A stretch of DNA of 15,224 nucleotides from Chthonomonadales bacterium (GCA_038217285.1 JBBQPO010000150.1:1-15224), one strand, 5' to 3'. Counted from the first letter of the stretch, positions 1 through 7,448 are shown. A program made the numbers and translations. Notes: a model not told the origin generated them from the sequence alone.

Positions 1-139
1 CGTGGGAGATTTGCTCTGCCACCAGATCGCTCCTGCGCCGTTGGTTCCTCCGAAACGAAGAGGGCGTCCACCTGGAAAAACAGGGGCCAGGGAAACGAAA
101 GGAGGTATGGCCAGTGTCACCGTTTAATGCAGCACTACC
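1..139 (+). mobile_element. Right end of an IS1-like element with its terminal inverted repeat
   Basis: The minus strand from 139 reads GGTAGTGCTGCATTAAAC, matching the GGnnnTG start of IS1-family IRs. It coincides exactly with the truncation of the ATPase ORF, whose TAG stop (137-135) lies inside the IR. Confidence 0.6.
2..127 (+). CDS. 3' end of a probable IS1-family transposase (partial at window edge)
   Basis: Manual translation: VGDLLCHQIAPAPLVPPKRRGRPPGKTGARETKGGMASVTV*. The PPKRRGRPP tail resembles C-termini I recall from IS1-family transposases of Chloroflexi-type bacteria. An IR-like end follows immediately. Confidence 0.6.
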   Translation: MGDLLCHQIAPAPLVPPKRRGRPPGKTGARETKGGMASVTV

Positions 140-410
140 CCGCTCTATCAACGATCTGTGCTAAATCAGGAATCACAAGTTTTTGCAGATCAATGTCCAG
201 AACTCCCGTTTGTCTCAGTGTTAGAATATCGAATTCCGGCAGTTCGAGATATTCCTCCAGCGTCTTCAGTACGCCATAAAGGGCATAGGTAAGATAAGTC
301 TTCCCGGTATTGTTTTCGCCACAGATGACCGTGAGTTCGGCGAGGTCCAGGGTGCCTGTGACGAGTGGCCCGAGATTTTCAACCTTGAATTGAAGCAGGC
401 TGTCTCTCAT
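135..410 (-). pseudogene. N-terminal fragment of an ABC/AAA-type ATPase (AAA_15/AAA_21-like), interrupted by the IS
   Basis: FKVENLGPL...LTVICGENNTGKTY is a typical N-terminus with Walker A (GENNTGKT). It is only 91 aa with no Walker B, and in-frame readthrough meets another stop (TGA 119-117). The start overlaps the helicase stop (ATGA, 410-407). Confidence 0.75.
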
Positions 411-1020
411 ATCAGTCTCCAGCGCAGGGTAAACAGAGATGTCATTTCACTCTGTTGGGACAGTTTACCCTCTACGAGTGCGATCAGTTCCTCACGCTGC
501 GTGTCCACTTGATCCTGCGCGTCGAAGAGAGAGCGGCGTTTGTGGTTGCGGATCGCTTCCAGCGTCTTGATCTGCTTCTGCCCGTTGAGTTTCTCTTCGA
601 GGGTCAGGGCGAGGGTCGCGGCAAAATGGTGTTTCCGGTCTGTCCTGGCAGTGTCAACAGGCGACAGACGGTCTGCGTATCCAGTGCCCGCCCGCTGTCT
701 GTGACGCCTGCACAGAGCAGATGGTCTTCGGCCTGATCCAAGGCGTTGACGGAAAACTCCGCCATCGTCAGCCAGCCCGACGCCCCGATGAGCGGCTCCA
801 GAATCGAGACCTTGCCCTCGTGATCGGCGTAGTTAAACAGTATTTCGGCGGGCGGCAGTTCCCGCGATTTAGCGCGTAAGAGCAGCGCTTCGGCCAGCGG
901 ATGATTCAGGCGATAGAGATGGGCGTCCCCGGTGCGCCACGGCAGTTCGTAACGCCCGGTCGGCGCGGATTCCGTCGGGATTCCAGGCGGCTGCGCTTTC
1001 AGCATGAAAGCGGCATCCCC
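407..1020 (-). pseudogene. C-terminal remnant of an SNF2-related helicase, with frameshift and internal deletion near 620
   Basis: The first frame reads GRYELPWRTGDAHLYRLNHPLAE...ALDQAEDHLL...RLLTLPG. A second frame from about 622 to 407 reads AATLALTLEEKLNGQKQIKTLEAIRNHKRRSLFDAQDQVDTQREELIALVEGKLSQQSEMTSLFTLRWRLI*. Both match the C-terminus I recall for SNF2 helicases linked to restriction-modification loci. The helicase core is absent. Confidence 0.75.
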
Positions 1021-1315
1021 GCAAAACACACTATACTTCAACAACGGCGTCTGAGTTACCTTCGCAAAATCGCCGAATAGGTCGAACCGACGAACGCCGT
1101 TGTCACGGCATGGAAATCCATAGCCTCAGCTATCCTAACGGACCTCTGAACAAATAAAGCCAAAAAATCCCTAGCCTTGTATTTTTGTCCTCAACACTGT
1201 CCTCTTGATAGAGAATGGACGAGGGGGTAATTCATTCTCGTCCGAGGTTTGATCACTCAAGAGCGCAGCCGGAGACGCTTCCTGCCGCGCCTTCCTCTGG
1301 AAAGAATGGACTGAA

Positions 1316-1855
1316 ATGAAAAGAGTTCTTGGATTGATGAGCCTGCTGACACTGATGTGCTCAGCGCTGAGCCTGGTATCTGTACCTGCAATGGCGCAAA
1401 AAGGAGGAAGTGGAGGGAGTGGCGGAAGCGGCGGAGGGAGTGGTGGCGGAAGCACCGTCGTCCTTACGACAGTGGCGATCAAGATGAGCAGCTCTGCCAA
1501 TCCCGCCAACGGAGCGGTCCCGCAGGGAACGGCTACCTTCACCTATACGAAGAACGGACTCCCACAAAATCTGGACATCCAGGTGTCCAATGTCGATCTG
1601 CCCGACGGCACGGTGGTGACGGTTCAGGCCGTAGACGCGTTGCGCGTGACTGGACGCTGCTGGCACTACGAGTACTTCAGCTATCACATGATCATCACGG
1701 GGGGCACAGGTTCCCTGTCGTTCGATGCCAGCAAAGGCGATGTCGTCCCCTTCCTGGACCCCAAGAAAGGCTACACGCAGATAAACGTAGCGTCCAATGT
1801 CTCGACCCTCACCACCTTTCTGACCTCCCTACTGCCTTTCAAGGGAGTTCTCTGA
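1316..1855 (+). CDS. Secreted hypothetical protein with signal peptide and Gly/Ser linker
   Basis: MKRVLGLMSLLTLMCSALSLVSVPAMA signal peptide, then KGGSGGSGGSGGGSGGGS and a Thr/Val-rich, probably beta-rich domain. 179 aa. Confidence 0.75.
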   Translation: MKRVLGLMSLLTLMCSALSLVSVPAMAQKGGSGGSGGSGGGSGGGSTVVLTTVAIKMSSSANPANGAVPQGTATFTYTKNGLPQNLDIQVSNVDLPDGTVVTVQAVDALRVTGRCWHYEYFSYHMIITGGTGSLSFDASKGDVVPFLDPKKGYTQINVASNVSTLTTFLTSLLPFKGVL

Positions 1856-1922
1856 TCGCACGGAAGAGGTTCGCGGGGAGAGGCGCCAGGGGAGCGTTCC
1901 TCCCAGGCGTTGCTCCGCACTC

Positions 1923-1958
1923 AGGTCAGCAGAGCTTATTTGCTAGCTCTGCTGACCT
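1923..1958. terminator. Perfect 14-bp hairpin between convergent genes
   Basis: AGGTCAGCAGAGCT-TATTTGCT-AGCTCTGCTGACCT lies between the stops at 1855 (+) and 1974 (-). There is no strong U-tract. Confidence 0.55.
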
Positions 1959-1973
1959 TCTTCGATCCCCGTA

Positions 1974-4436
1974 TCAGCGGCGGGTGGGATAGGGGGTGTT
2001 GACGCCGCGGAGGGTGTGCCAGAGGACCTCGTTCAGGATCTGCGGGTCGGGGCGGTCGAGGCCGCTCCAGTCGAGGGCGAGCGATTTTTCGGTCCAGTAA
2101 CGTTCGAGGCCGGCCTGTTTCGCAGCGGGCGGGTTCATCTGGTCGAGGGCGATACGGTTGGCGACGCTGGTGTAGGGATGCAGATCGGGCGTGTCGGTGA
2201 AACAGCCGGAGAGCGGCGGCGTCAGGGCATCGAAGCGGTTCATCGGGTCGAGGCCAAGCATCTTCTCGATGGAGCGCAGCATGGAGAGCGTCGTATAGAG
2301 AGTGTGGTCCACATAGCCGCGTCGCGTGTAGGGGCTATAAGCGGCGTAGACGGTGCGATGACCATCGACATGGTCGGGGCCGGACTGTGCGTCGTCCTCA
2401 ATGACGAAGATGCAGGTCTCCTTCCACTCCTTGCTCTTCGAGACCGCCTCGACGACGCGCCCCAATGCCAGATCGTTGTCCGCGACCATGCACTGCGGCT
2501 TCGGATAGTGCGGATCGCGGCCTTCCGTGTGGTCGGAGGGCAGGCTCATGATCATCAGGTTGGGGACGCGGCTCTCCCGGCTCATGCGGCCGTACTCACC
2601 GATAAAGAGATCGGCGCGCTCCTGGTCGCTCTGCAGCAGCGGCCAGTAGACGTAGTTCGGATGGATATAAGGGCGCAGCTCTGCGATCCGGGTGCCGACG
2701 CTCTTCTGAATGCGGCGCCTGCCGCTGAGACGGTCCTCCCAGACCTCTTTCCAGCTCGTGACGGTCGGAGTGAACACCGCCAGCTCGTCGTCGCAGAACT
2801 CCCCGTAGATTCGCAGCGACTTCCCCTTCTTCAGCGCGACGTCCCAGAGCCCGCCAGCGGGCGAGATCGCCATCGCGCAGTCGCCGTCGTCGGGGTAGGT
2901 GCGGTAGCCGGTGTAGAAATGTTCGAGATAGTCGTCCGCGACGGCCTGGGTGCTCCAGGCGTGGCCGTCCGCGCTGTTGGTGCCGGTCACATAGCCGTTG
3001 TCGAAGAGGGTGAACTGTCGGGCCAGCGCATGGGCGTTGGGCGTGATGGTCTCGCCGAGATCGCACAGCTTCGGGTCGCCGTTGCCCTCCTTCATATCGC
3101 CGAACACCTCGTCGTAGGTGCGGTTCTCCTTGATAATGTAGAGGACATGCTTGATCGCGCCCTTGTAGACGGCGAGGGGCGGATCGAGGTCGGCGCGGCT
3201 GCGGTTCCAGTCGTTGTCGGCCGCGACCTGCGCGGTCGCGGCTTTCAGGTCGGCCTTGAGGTCGATCACCGAGACGGTCCCTTGAAAGTCGTGGGCGTTG
3301 CCGGGCTTGCCGAGCACCGTGTTACGCACGGAGCCATTGCCCTTCGTGTTGACGACATAGGCGGCGCTGCCGTCGGGCGCGAGGGCGAGCGCCAGGGGGA
3401 AGTAGCCGGCAGGCCGGTAGCCGCGCACCGTGCCGCTCGGGATGTCGAACTCGCAGAGCGCGTTATCGCCGCCGTTGCAGATATAGAGAGTCTTCCCGGC
3501 AATAGCGAGGGCGCAGGGCATGGAGCCGAACAGGTTGAGCGCACCCCACTTCAGCGGAATAGTCCGGAGGAGCTTCGCGCCGGGAAGGTCGAGGACCGAG
3601 AGGCTGTCGCTCGCGGCGTTGGCGATGTAGGCGATGTCGCCTGCCACGGCGATCCCGGTGGGATGGAGGCCGACCTCCACACGTCTGGTCGTTCCCGTCT
3701 CGCGTTGAATCAGGCTGACCGTGCCGGAAGCGGTCGCCCCGCGTGAATCTATCGCGAGCATGGTGTTGCCACTCGCGGCCATATCGTCGCCGTCTTTGAC
3801 CAGATGTCCGCCCCAGTCGGTGACGATCAGCGTGCGTTCGTCCAAACTCAGCTTCACCTCGAAGGGCAGGTTCTGCACCGGATATTCGCGCACGAAGCGG
3901 CCCTCGGGCAGGGCGATCTCGGCGACGGCGTTGCGGTCGCAGGCGCAGACGAACAGACGGGAGCCGTCGCGGGTGAAAACCATGCCGCCGGGACGGGGGT
4001 TCTCCTTCTCGCCCTCGGCCTGAATAAAGAGCTTTCGGCCCGGCGTCAGCTTGCGGCCCGCCAGGACGTACTCCTGCACCACGCCGTTCTCCACACTTAC
4101 GTAAAGGCGCGCCCCGTCTGGCGACCAGACCGCCCCCCGATAGGCCGCCCCACTCGGCAGCGTAGCCGCAGAATCAGCGATAACGCCTTCCCTGGTAGCA
4201 AGGAAGACGTTGTTCTGATTCAGAACCGCGAAGAACTCCCCGGTGGGATGCAGGGCGATATCGGTCGGTCGCCCGTTGAAGGCGACCGTTCCCGGCGCGA
4301 TGCGGCGGCCGGTCGAAACCACAAATCCGCCGTCCGCCTGTTTGCCCATCTGCAGGATCGGAAAGCGGGCCGCCGTGACGCCGAGTGCGCCCAGCAGCAG
4401 AACGGCCACGAGAGAAATCAAGACTTTGCGTCGCAT
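1974..4436 (-). CDS. Bifunctional YncE-like beta-propeller / alkaline-phosphatase-superfamily phosphoesterase, secreted
   Basis: Start reassigned to ATG 4436 (RBS GGAGG, signal peptide MRRKVLISLVAVLLLGALGVTAA). Propeller repeats include WSPDGARLYV, VGLHPTGIAV and AYIANAASDSLSV. Phosphoesterase motifs include KHVLYIIKENRTYDEVFGD, NSADGHAW and IFVIEDDAQSGPDHVDGHR. Confidence 0.9.
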   Translation of the reverse strand: MRRKVLISLVAVLLLGALGVTAARFPILQMGKQADGGFVVSTGRRIAPGTVAFNGRPTDIALHPTGEFFAVLNQNNVFLATREGVIADSAATLPSGAAYRGAVWSPDGARLYVSVENGVVQEYVLAGRKLTPGRKLFIQAEGEKENPRPGGMVFTRDGSRLFVCACDRNAVAEIALPEGRFVREYPVQNLPFEVKLSLDERTLIVTDWGGHLVKDGDDMAASGNTMLAIDSRGATASGTVSLIQRETGTTRRVEVGLHPTGIAVAGDIAYIANAASDSLSVLDLPGAKLLRTIPLKWGALNLFGSMPCALAIAGKTLYICNGGDNALCEFDIPSGTVRGYRPAGYFPLALALAPDGSAAYVVNTKGNGSVRNTVLGKPGNAHDFQGTVSVIDLKADLKAATAQVAADNDWNRSRADLDPPLAVYKGAIKHVLYIIKENRTYDEVFGDMKEGNGDPKLCDLGETITPNAHALARQFTLFDNGYVTGTNSADGHAWSTQAVADDYLEHFYTGYRTYPDDGDCAMAISPAGGLWDVALKKGKSLRIYGEFCDDELAVFTPTVTSWKEVWEDRLSGRRRIQKSVGTRIAELRPYIHPNYVYWPLLQSDQERADLFIGEYGRMSRESRVPNLMIMSLPSDHTEGRDPHYPKPQCMVADNDLALGRVVEAVSKSKEWKETCIFVIEDDAQSGPDHVDGHRTVYAAYSPYTRRGYVDHTLYTTLSMLRSIEKMLGLDPMNRFDALTPPLSGCFTDTPDLHPYTSVANRIALDQMNPPAAKQAGLERYWTEKSLALDWSGLDRPDPQILNEVLWHTLRGVNTPYPTRR

Positions 4437-4518
4437 GGCGCCTCCACGTCGAATGGTACAACGTCGAATCTTCCGACCGGCCTCTTTCGCTCTCCTCAAA
4501 CCGAGCGGGAAGTGAGAA

Positions 4519-4848
4519 CTACCAGCGCAGTTTGTCGAGCGAGCGATCCTCGTCGCTCAGATCGCTGTCGAGCAGGATGCCCCACTCTTTGCCGCCCTTG
4601 TAGTAGAGGACAGTGCCACAGCCTGTGCATTTCGCGCGGCTGGAGAAACCCTTGCCGACGGGTGGGGTGCGCGACTGCCCGGTGTTCGGGTCGTGCGGGC
4701 GCAGGGGCTTATCGCAGACCGGGCAGCGCCCGAAATCGTTGCCTGCATCCCCCGGCGTGTGGTCTTCAATTGCGTCGGTCGGCGGTTCCGCCGTCTCCGG
4801 CAGCTCGATCACGCCGATATCCGGCGCATCCAACGTCTTTGTACTCAT
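4519..4848 (-). CDS. Small hypothetical protein with CPVC-x28-CTGC (probable Zn-ribbon) and acidic N-terminus
   Basis: A strong RBS (AAGGAGG) precedes ATG 4848. 109 aa with two CxxC motifs. Confidence 0.75.
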   Translation of the reverse strand: MSTKTLDAPDIGVIELPETAEPPTDAIEDHTPGDAGNDFGRCPVCDKPLRPHDPNTGQSRTPPVGKGFSSRAKCTGCGTVLYYKGGKEWGILLDSDLSDEDRSLDKLRW

Positions 4849-4892
4849 CGTTGTTTCCTCCTTATTATAGAACGGGACGTGTCTCACTATCT

Positions 4893-4901
4893 ATTCTAAC
4901 A
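4893..4901 (-). promoter_or_regulatory. Possible extended -10 promoter for the Zn-ribbon gene
   Basis: The minus strand reads TG-T-TAGAAT about 45 nt upstream of ATG 4848, in an AT-richer intergenic gap. Confidence 0.4.
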
Positions 4902-4916
4902 CACTGGGATAAGCCC

Positions 4917-5744
4917 CTAAATCCCCGGTCGCGGAAGGACGGTCAGGAGCGTCTCTTTGCCACCCCGCATGACCTTGACGACGACCGGAAGGCTCGGGAC
5001 GATCAGGGAAGCGGCTTCGTAGAGATCGTTGACATTGTCGGTCCAGCGGTCATCGAGAACGGTAATACGGTCGCCCGGCTGAAAGCCTGCCGCCGCCGCC
5101 GCACTGTCGGCATAGATCTGTGTTACCAGGACGCCGTCGTTCGGGGGCGAGGGCGCAACGGTCAGCCCCCAGAGCGAACGTGGCGCGATCACACGCGCCT
5201 TCTGTGAGCCTGCGAAGAGACGATTCATGAGGCCGGTCATGATGTCCTGCGGCGCGTAGTCGACGGGAACGAACGTCACACGGTTGTTGAGATAGTCGAT
5301 CGTCGTATGGAATCGGGCGAAGAAAGAGAAGCCTACGATGCCGTCCAGCCGGCCTTCCAGGCCGCCCAACGCCTCGACGATGGGGTGATCCAGGATCAGC
5401 GCGCTCAGGTTCTCTATCTTCGTCTCTCCGACCGAGAGCGATTTCAACACGACCTGACCACCGATTGCGAGCATACCCGGTTTCGAGGGCTTGCCCTGCT
5501 GCGGAGGGATCAGGCCGAGTTGGCGGGCAGCGCGCAGGCTGATGAAGGTCAGCGGCGAACCGGTGTCCAGAATCAGACGAAACGGCCCCTGGCCGTTCAC
5601 GCGCACCTGAACGGCGATGTGTCCGGTTCGCAGCACCTCCATGGGAGCGGCGTGAGACTGGGCTCCGGCCTGCAGACCGCCGGAGAAGAGAAACGCCAGG
5701 AGCAGCGTCATTGCGAGGAGGAGAGGACGCCGTGGGGTTCGCAT
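4917..5744 (-). CDS. Secreted retropepsin-like aspartyl protease with C-terminal PDZ domain (paralog 2)
   Basis: Signal peptide; HIAVQVRVNGQGPFRLILDTGS (catalytic D60); LDGIVGFSFF motif; PDZ segment LWGLTV...GVLVTQIYADSAAAAAGFQPGDRITVLD...VKVMRGG. Confidence 0.9.
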   Translation of the reverse strand: MRTPRRPLLLAMTLLLAFLFSGGLQAGAQSHAAPMEVLRTGHIAVQVRVNGQGPFRLILDTGSPLTFISLRAARQLGLIPPQQGKPSKPGMLAIGGQVVLKSLSVGETKIENLSALILDHPIVEALGGLEGRLDGIVGFSFFARFHTTIDYLNNRVTFVPVDYAPQDIMTGLMNRLFAGSQKARVIAPRSLWGLTVAPSPPNDGVLVTQIYADSAAAAAGFQPGDRITVLDDRWTDNVNDLYEAASLIVPSLPVVVKVMRGGKETLLTVLPRPGI

Positions 5745-5746
5745 GG

Positions 5747-6643
5747 TCAGAGCCCTCCCTGTCCGGCAACGACCGGCAGCACGATCTTTTTGCCGTCGCG
5801 CTGCACGGTGAAGCGCACGGTCGTCCCCGCCGCCACCGTTGCGGCGCGTTTCAGCAGGTCGGCCGTTCCCTGGAGATCGGTCACCGGATTGTCCCCAACG
5901 GCCAGCGCTGTGATCCGGTCCCCGACTTTCACCCCGGCTTTCGCCGCCGGGCTGTCTGCCAGTACCGCTGCCACCTGCACGGCATCGGCCTTACCGACGG
6001 CGAACTCGATCCCGAAAAAGCCGCGCGGAACCGGCTCCAGGGGCGTCTTCTGCGCGAAGAGAGAGCTCGCCATTTTCGTCAGGCTCTCCATCTGCGCCAT
6101 GCCTTCTGTCGGCACGGCCTTCGCCGTCGTTATCTCCTTTGCGTTCAGAGGAACCAGGATCAGGCCATGCTGCCGGGTCCATGTCATTTTCGGCTGCGTC
6201 AGATCGATCTCGATACGGAAGTTGGCCAGTAAGTTGAAACCGAACACGCCGTCGATGTGGACGCCGGCCAGGCCCATTGCGTTCATGCCTTTGAGTTGCG
6301 CCGGCGATTCGATGCGGCCCTGGGTCTTCTCTAGCGTCGCGCCGCCCTCCACTTCCAGCCGGTCGAAGACACCCCAGCCGTCTGCAGCCGGCTTTACGCC
6401 GATCTTGCTGGCGATCTCCGCGCTGACGAAGAGGGCAGGCGCTCCGGTATCCAGAATGAAGTTGTACGGCCCGTTGCCGTTCAGCTTCGCCCGGACCAGC
6501 AGATGCTTGGTGTCGGCCAGTCGGTAGGGCACATGGAAGACATTGCCCGGCTTCGACGCGACGTCTACGGCGGGCGGAGGCGCCGCGAGGCTATCGCGGG
6601 CGGTCAGGAGGAGCAGCAGGGCAAGGACAGGCAGGTGTTTCAA
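5747..6643 (-). CDS. Secreted retropepsin-like aspartyl protease with C-terminal PDZ domain (paralog 1)
   Basis: TTG start after an AGGAG RBS; signal peptide; HLLVRAKLNGNGPYNFILDTGA (catalytic D65); IDGVFGFNLL; PDZ segment GFFGIEF...VLADSPAAKAGVKVGDRI...FTVQRDGK. Confidence 0.9.
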   Translation of the reverse strand: MKHLPVLALLLLLTARDSLAAPPPAVDVASKPGNVFHVPYRLADTKHLLVRAKLNGNGPYNFILDTGAPALFVSAEIASKIGVKPAADGWGVFDRLEVEGGATLEKTQGRIESPAQLKGMNAMGLAGVHIDGVFGFNLLANFRIEIDLTQPKMTWTRQHGLILVPLNAKEITTAKAVPTEGMAQMESLTKMASSLFAQKTPLEPVPRGFFGIEFAVGKADAVQVAAVLADSPAAKAGVKVGDRITALAVGDNPVTDLQGTADLLKRAATVAAGTTVRFTVQRDGKKIVLPVVAGQGGL

Positions 6644-6663
6644 GCGTTATCTCCTGAAGGCGT

Positions 6664-7191
6664 TCAAAGGTTGCCGTTGTCGCTGACGGAACGCTGACGC
6701 GGGTTGACCTGCAGGCCCGTGGTATGCAGGTAGGCAATGGCCCGCTGCACCTCCAGGAGTGCCCCGGAGAGCGTGATCTCCACCTGTCCGCCCTCTTCGT
6801 CGTCGAAATAGGCGGTCTCGATGTTGACCACCACGTTGAGATCTTTCCCGACACGATAGAGAATCGGCGCATGGCCCTGCGCGGGATTGACGGTCTTGAG
6901 CAGGATCGAGATCGTATTGGGCTGCGCGATGGCGGCTTCCGGCGCGGAGCCGGTGCGCGGCGTGGCGGAGCCGGGCGCATCGCCCAGCACACCGAGCGAA
7001 CGCAGAAACTCCTGCGCCTGCTCGACCTCGCCGGTCGAGCCTTCCAGCGAAAGGGCCACGTGGCCGGAGTCGCTGGAGATGCGCGCGCGCAGGATATTGG
7101 TAACGACATTGAACATCTTGCCGAGGCGCCAGAGGATCGGCTGCCCGAGGATGTCTTTGCGGGCGTTCAGTTCGACGGTAACGAGGGGCAT
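6664..7191 (-). CDS. Stand-alone protein of two tandem NIL (ACT-like, MetN C-terminal) domains
   Basis: Repeat 1: QPILWRLGKMFNVVTNILRARISSDSGHVALSLEG...AQEFLRSLGV. Repeat 2: APILYRVGKDLNVVVNIETAYFDDEEGGQVEITLSG...AIAYLHTTGLQV. A Pro/Ala-rich linker joins them. No signal peptide. Confidence 0.85.
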   Translation of the reverse strand: MPLVTVELNARKDILGQPILWRLGKMFNVVTNILRARISSDSGHVALSLEGSTGEVEQAQEFLRSLGVLGDAPGSATPRTGSAPEAAIAQPNTISILLKTVNPAQGHAPILYRVGKDLNVVVNIETAYFDDEEGGQVEITLSGALLEVQRAIAYLHTTGLQVNPRQRSVSDNGNL

Positions 7192-7392
7192 CAGTGTTCA
7201 GTCCCAATCCGGTCTGCATCGCAGGACGCAGCCCGGAAACCTTTCTACACAGCAGAGGAGGGAGGACGCCCCCAGGCAAGAGACGACAGGGGCGACCGTT
7301 CCGTCTCGAATTGTACCTGATTTTCCCCGCTGCACCGAAAAAATCTCCCTTGTCACAGGCAAAAATAAGCTCTCCGCCTTGTCCCACATTTA

Positions 7393-7419
7393 TATTTTGT
7401 TATTTTGTTATTTTGTTAT
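7393..7419. repeat. 8-bp tandem repeat (TATTTTGT)x3 + TAT
   Basis: Read directly from the sequence, in the AT-rich divergent intergenic region. Confidence 0.9.
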
Positions 7420-7432
7420 CGTTCGCTCGTTT

Positions 7433-7448
7433 TGGCATGGTTTGTGCA
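7433..7448 (+). promoter_or_regulatory. Putative sigma54 (-24/-12) promoter
   Basis: TGGCATGGTTTGTGCA against the consensus TGGCACGNNNNTTGCW, with correct GG-N10-GC spacing. It points toward the PEP-CTERM pseudogene. Confidence 0.55.

Noticed and set aside
118-137. Amber readthrough or recoding of the ATPase TAG
   Set aside because: Another in-frame stop follows six codons later, and the TAG lies within the IS end.
1041-1103. Integron attC interpretation of the palindrome
   Set aside because: The ends do not fit RYYYAAC/GTTRRRY, and there is no cassette array or integrase. It is kept only as an unexplained hairpin.
1171-1992. Alternative ORFs 1171-1542 (-, poly-Pro) and 1357-1992 (+, Arg-rich)
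   Set aside because: Other-frame readings of the Gly/Ser-linker gene. The 1316-1855 frame has a coherent signal peptide.
2016-6527. Long plus-strand ORFs (2016-3746, 3804-5207, 5307-6527)
   Set aside because: Antisense shadows of well-supported high-GC minus-strand genes, with no recognisable motifs.
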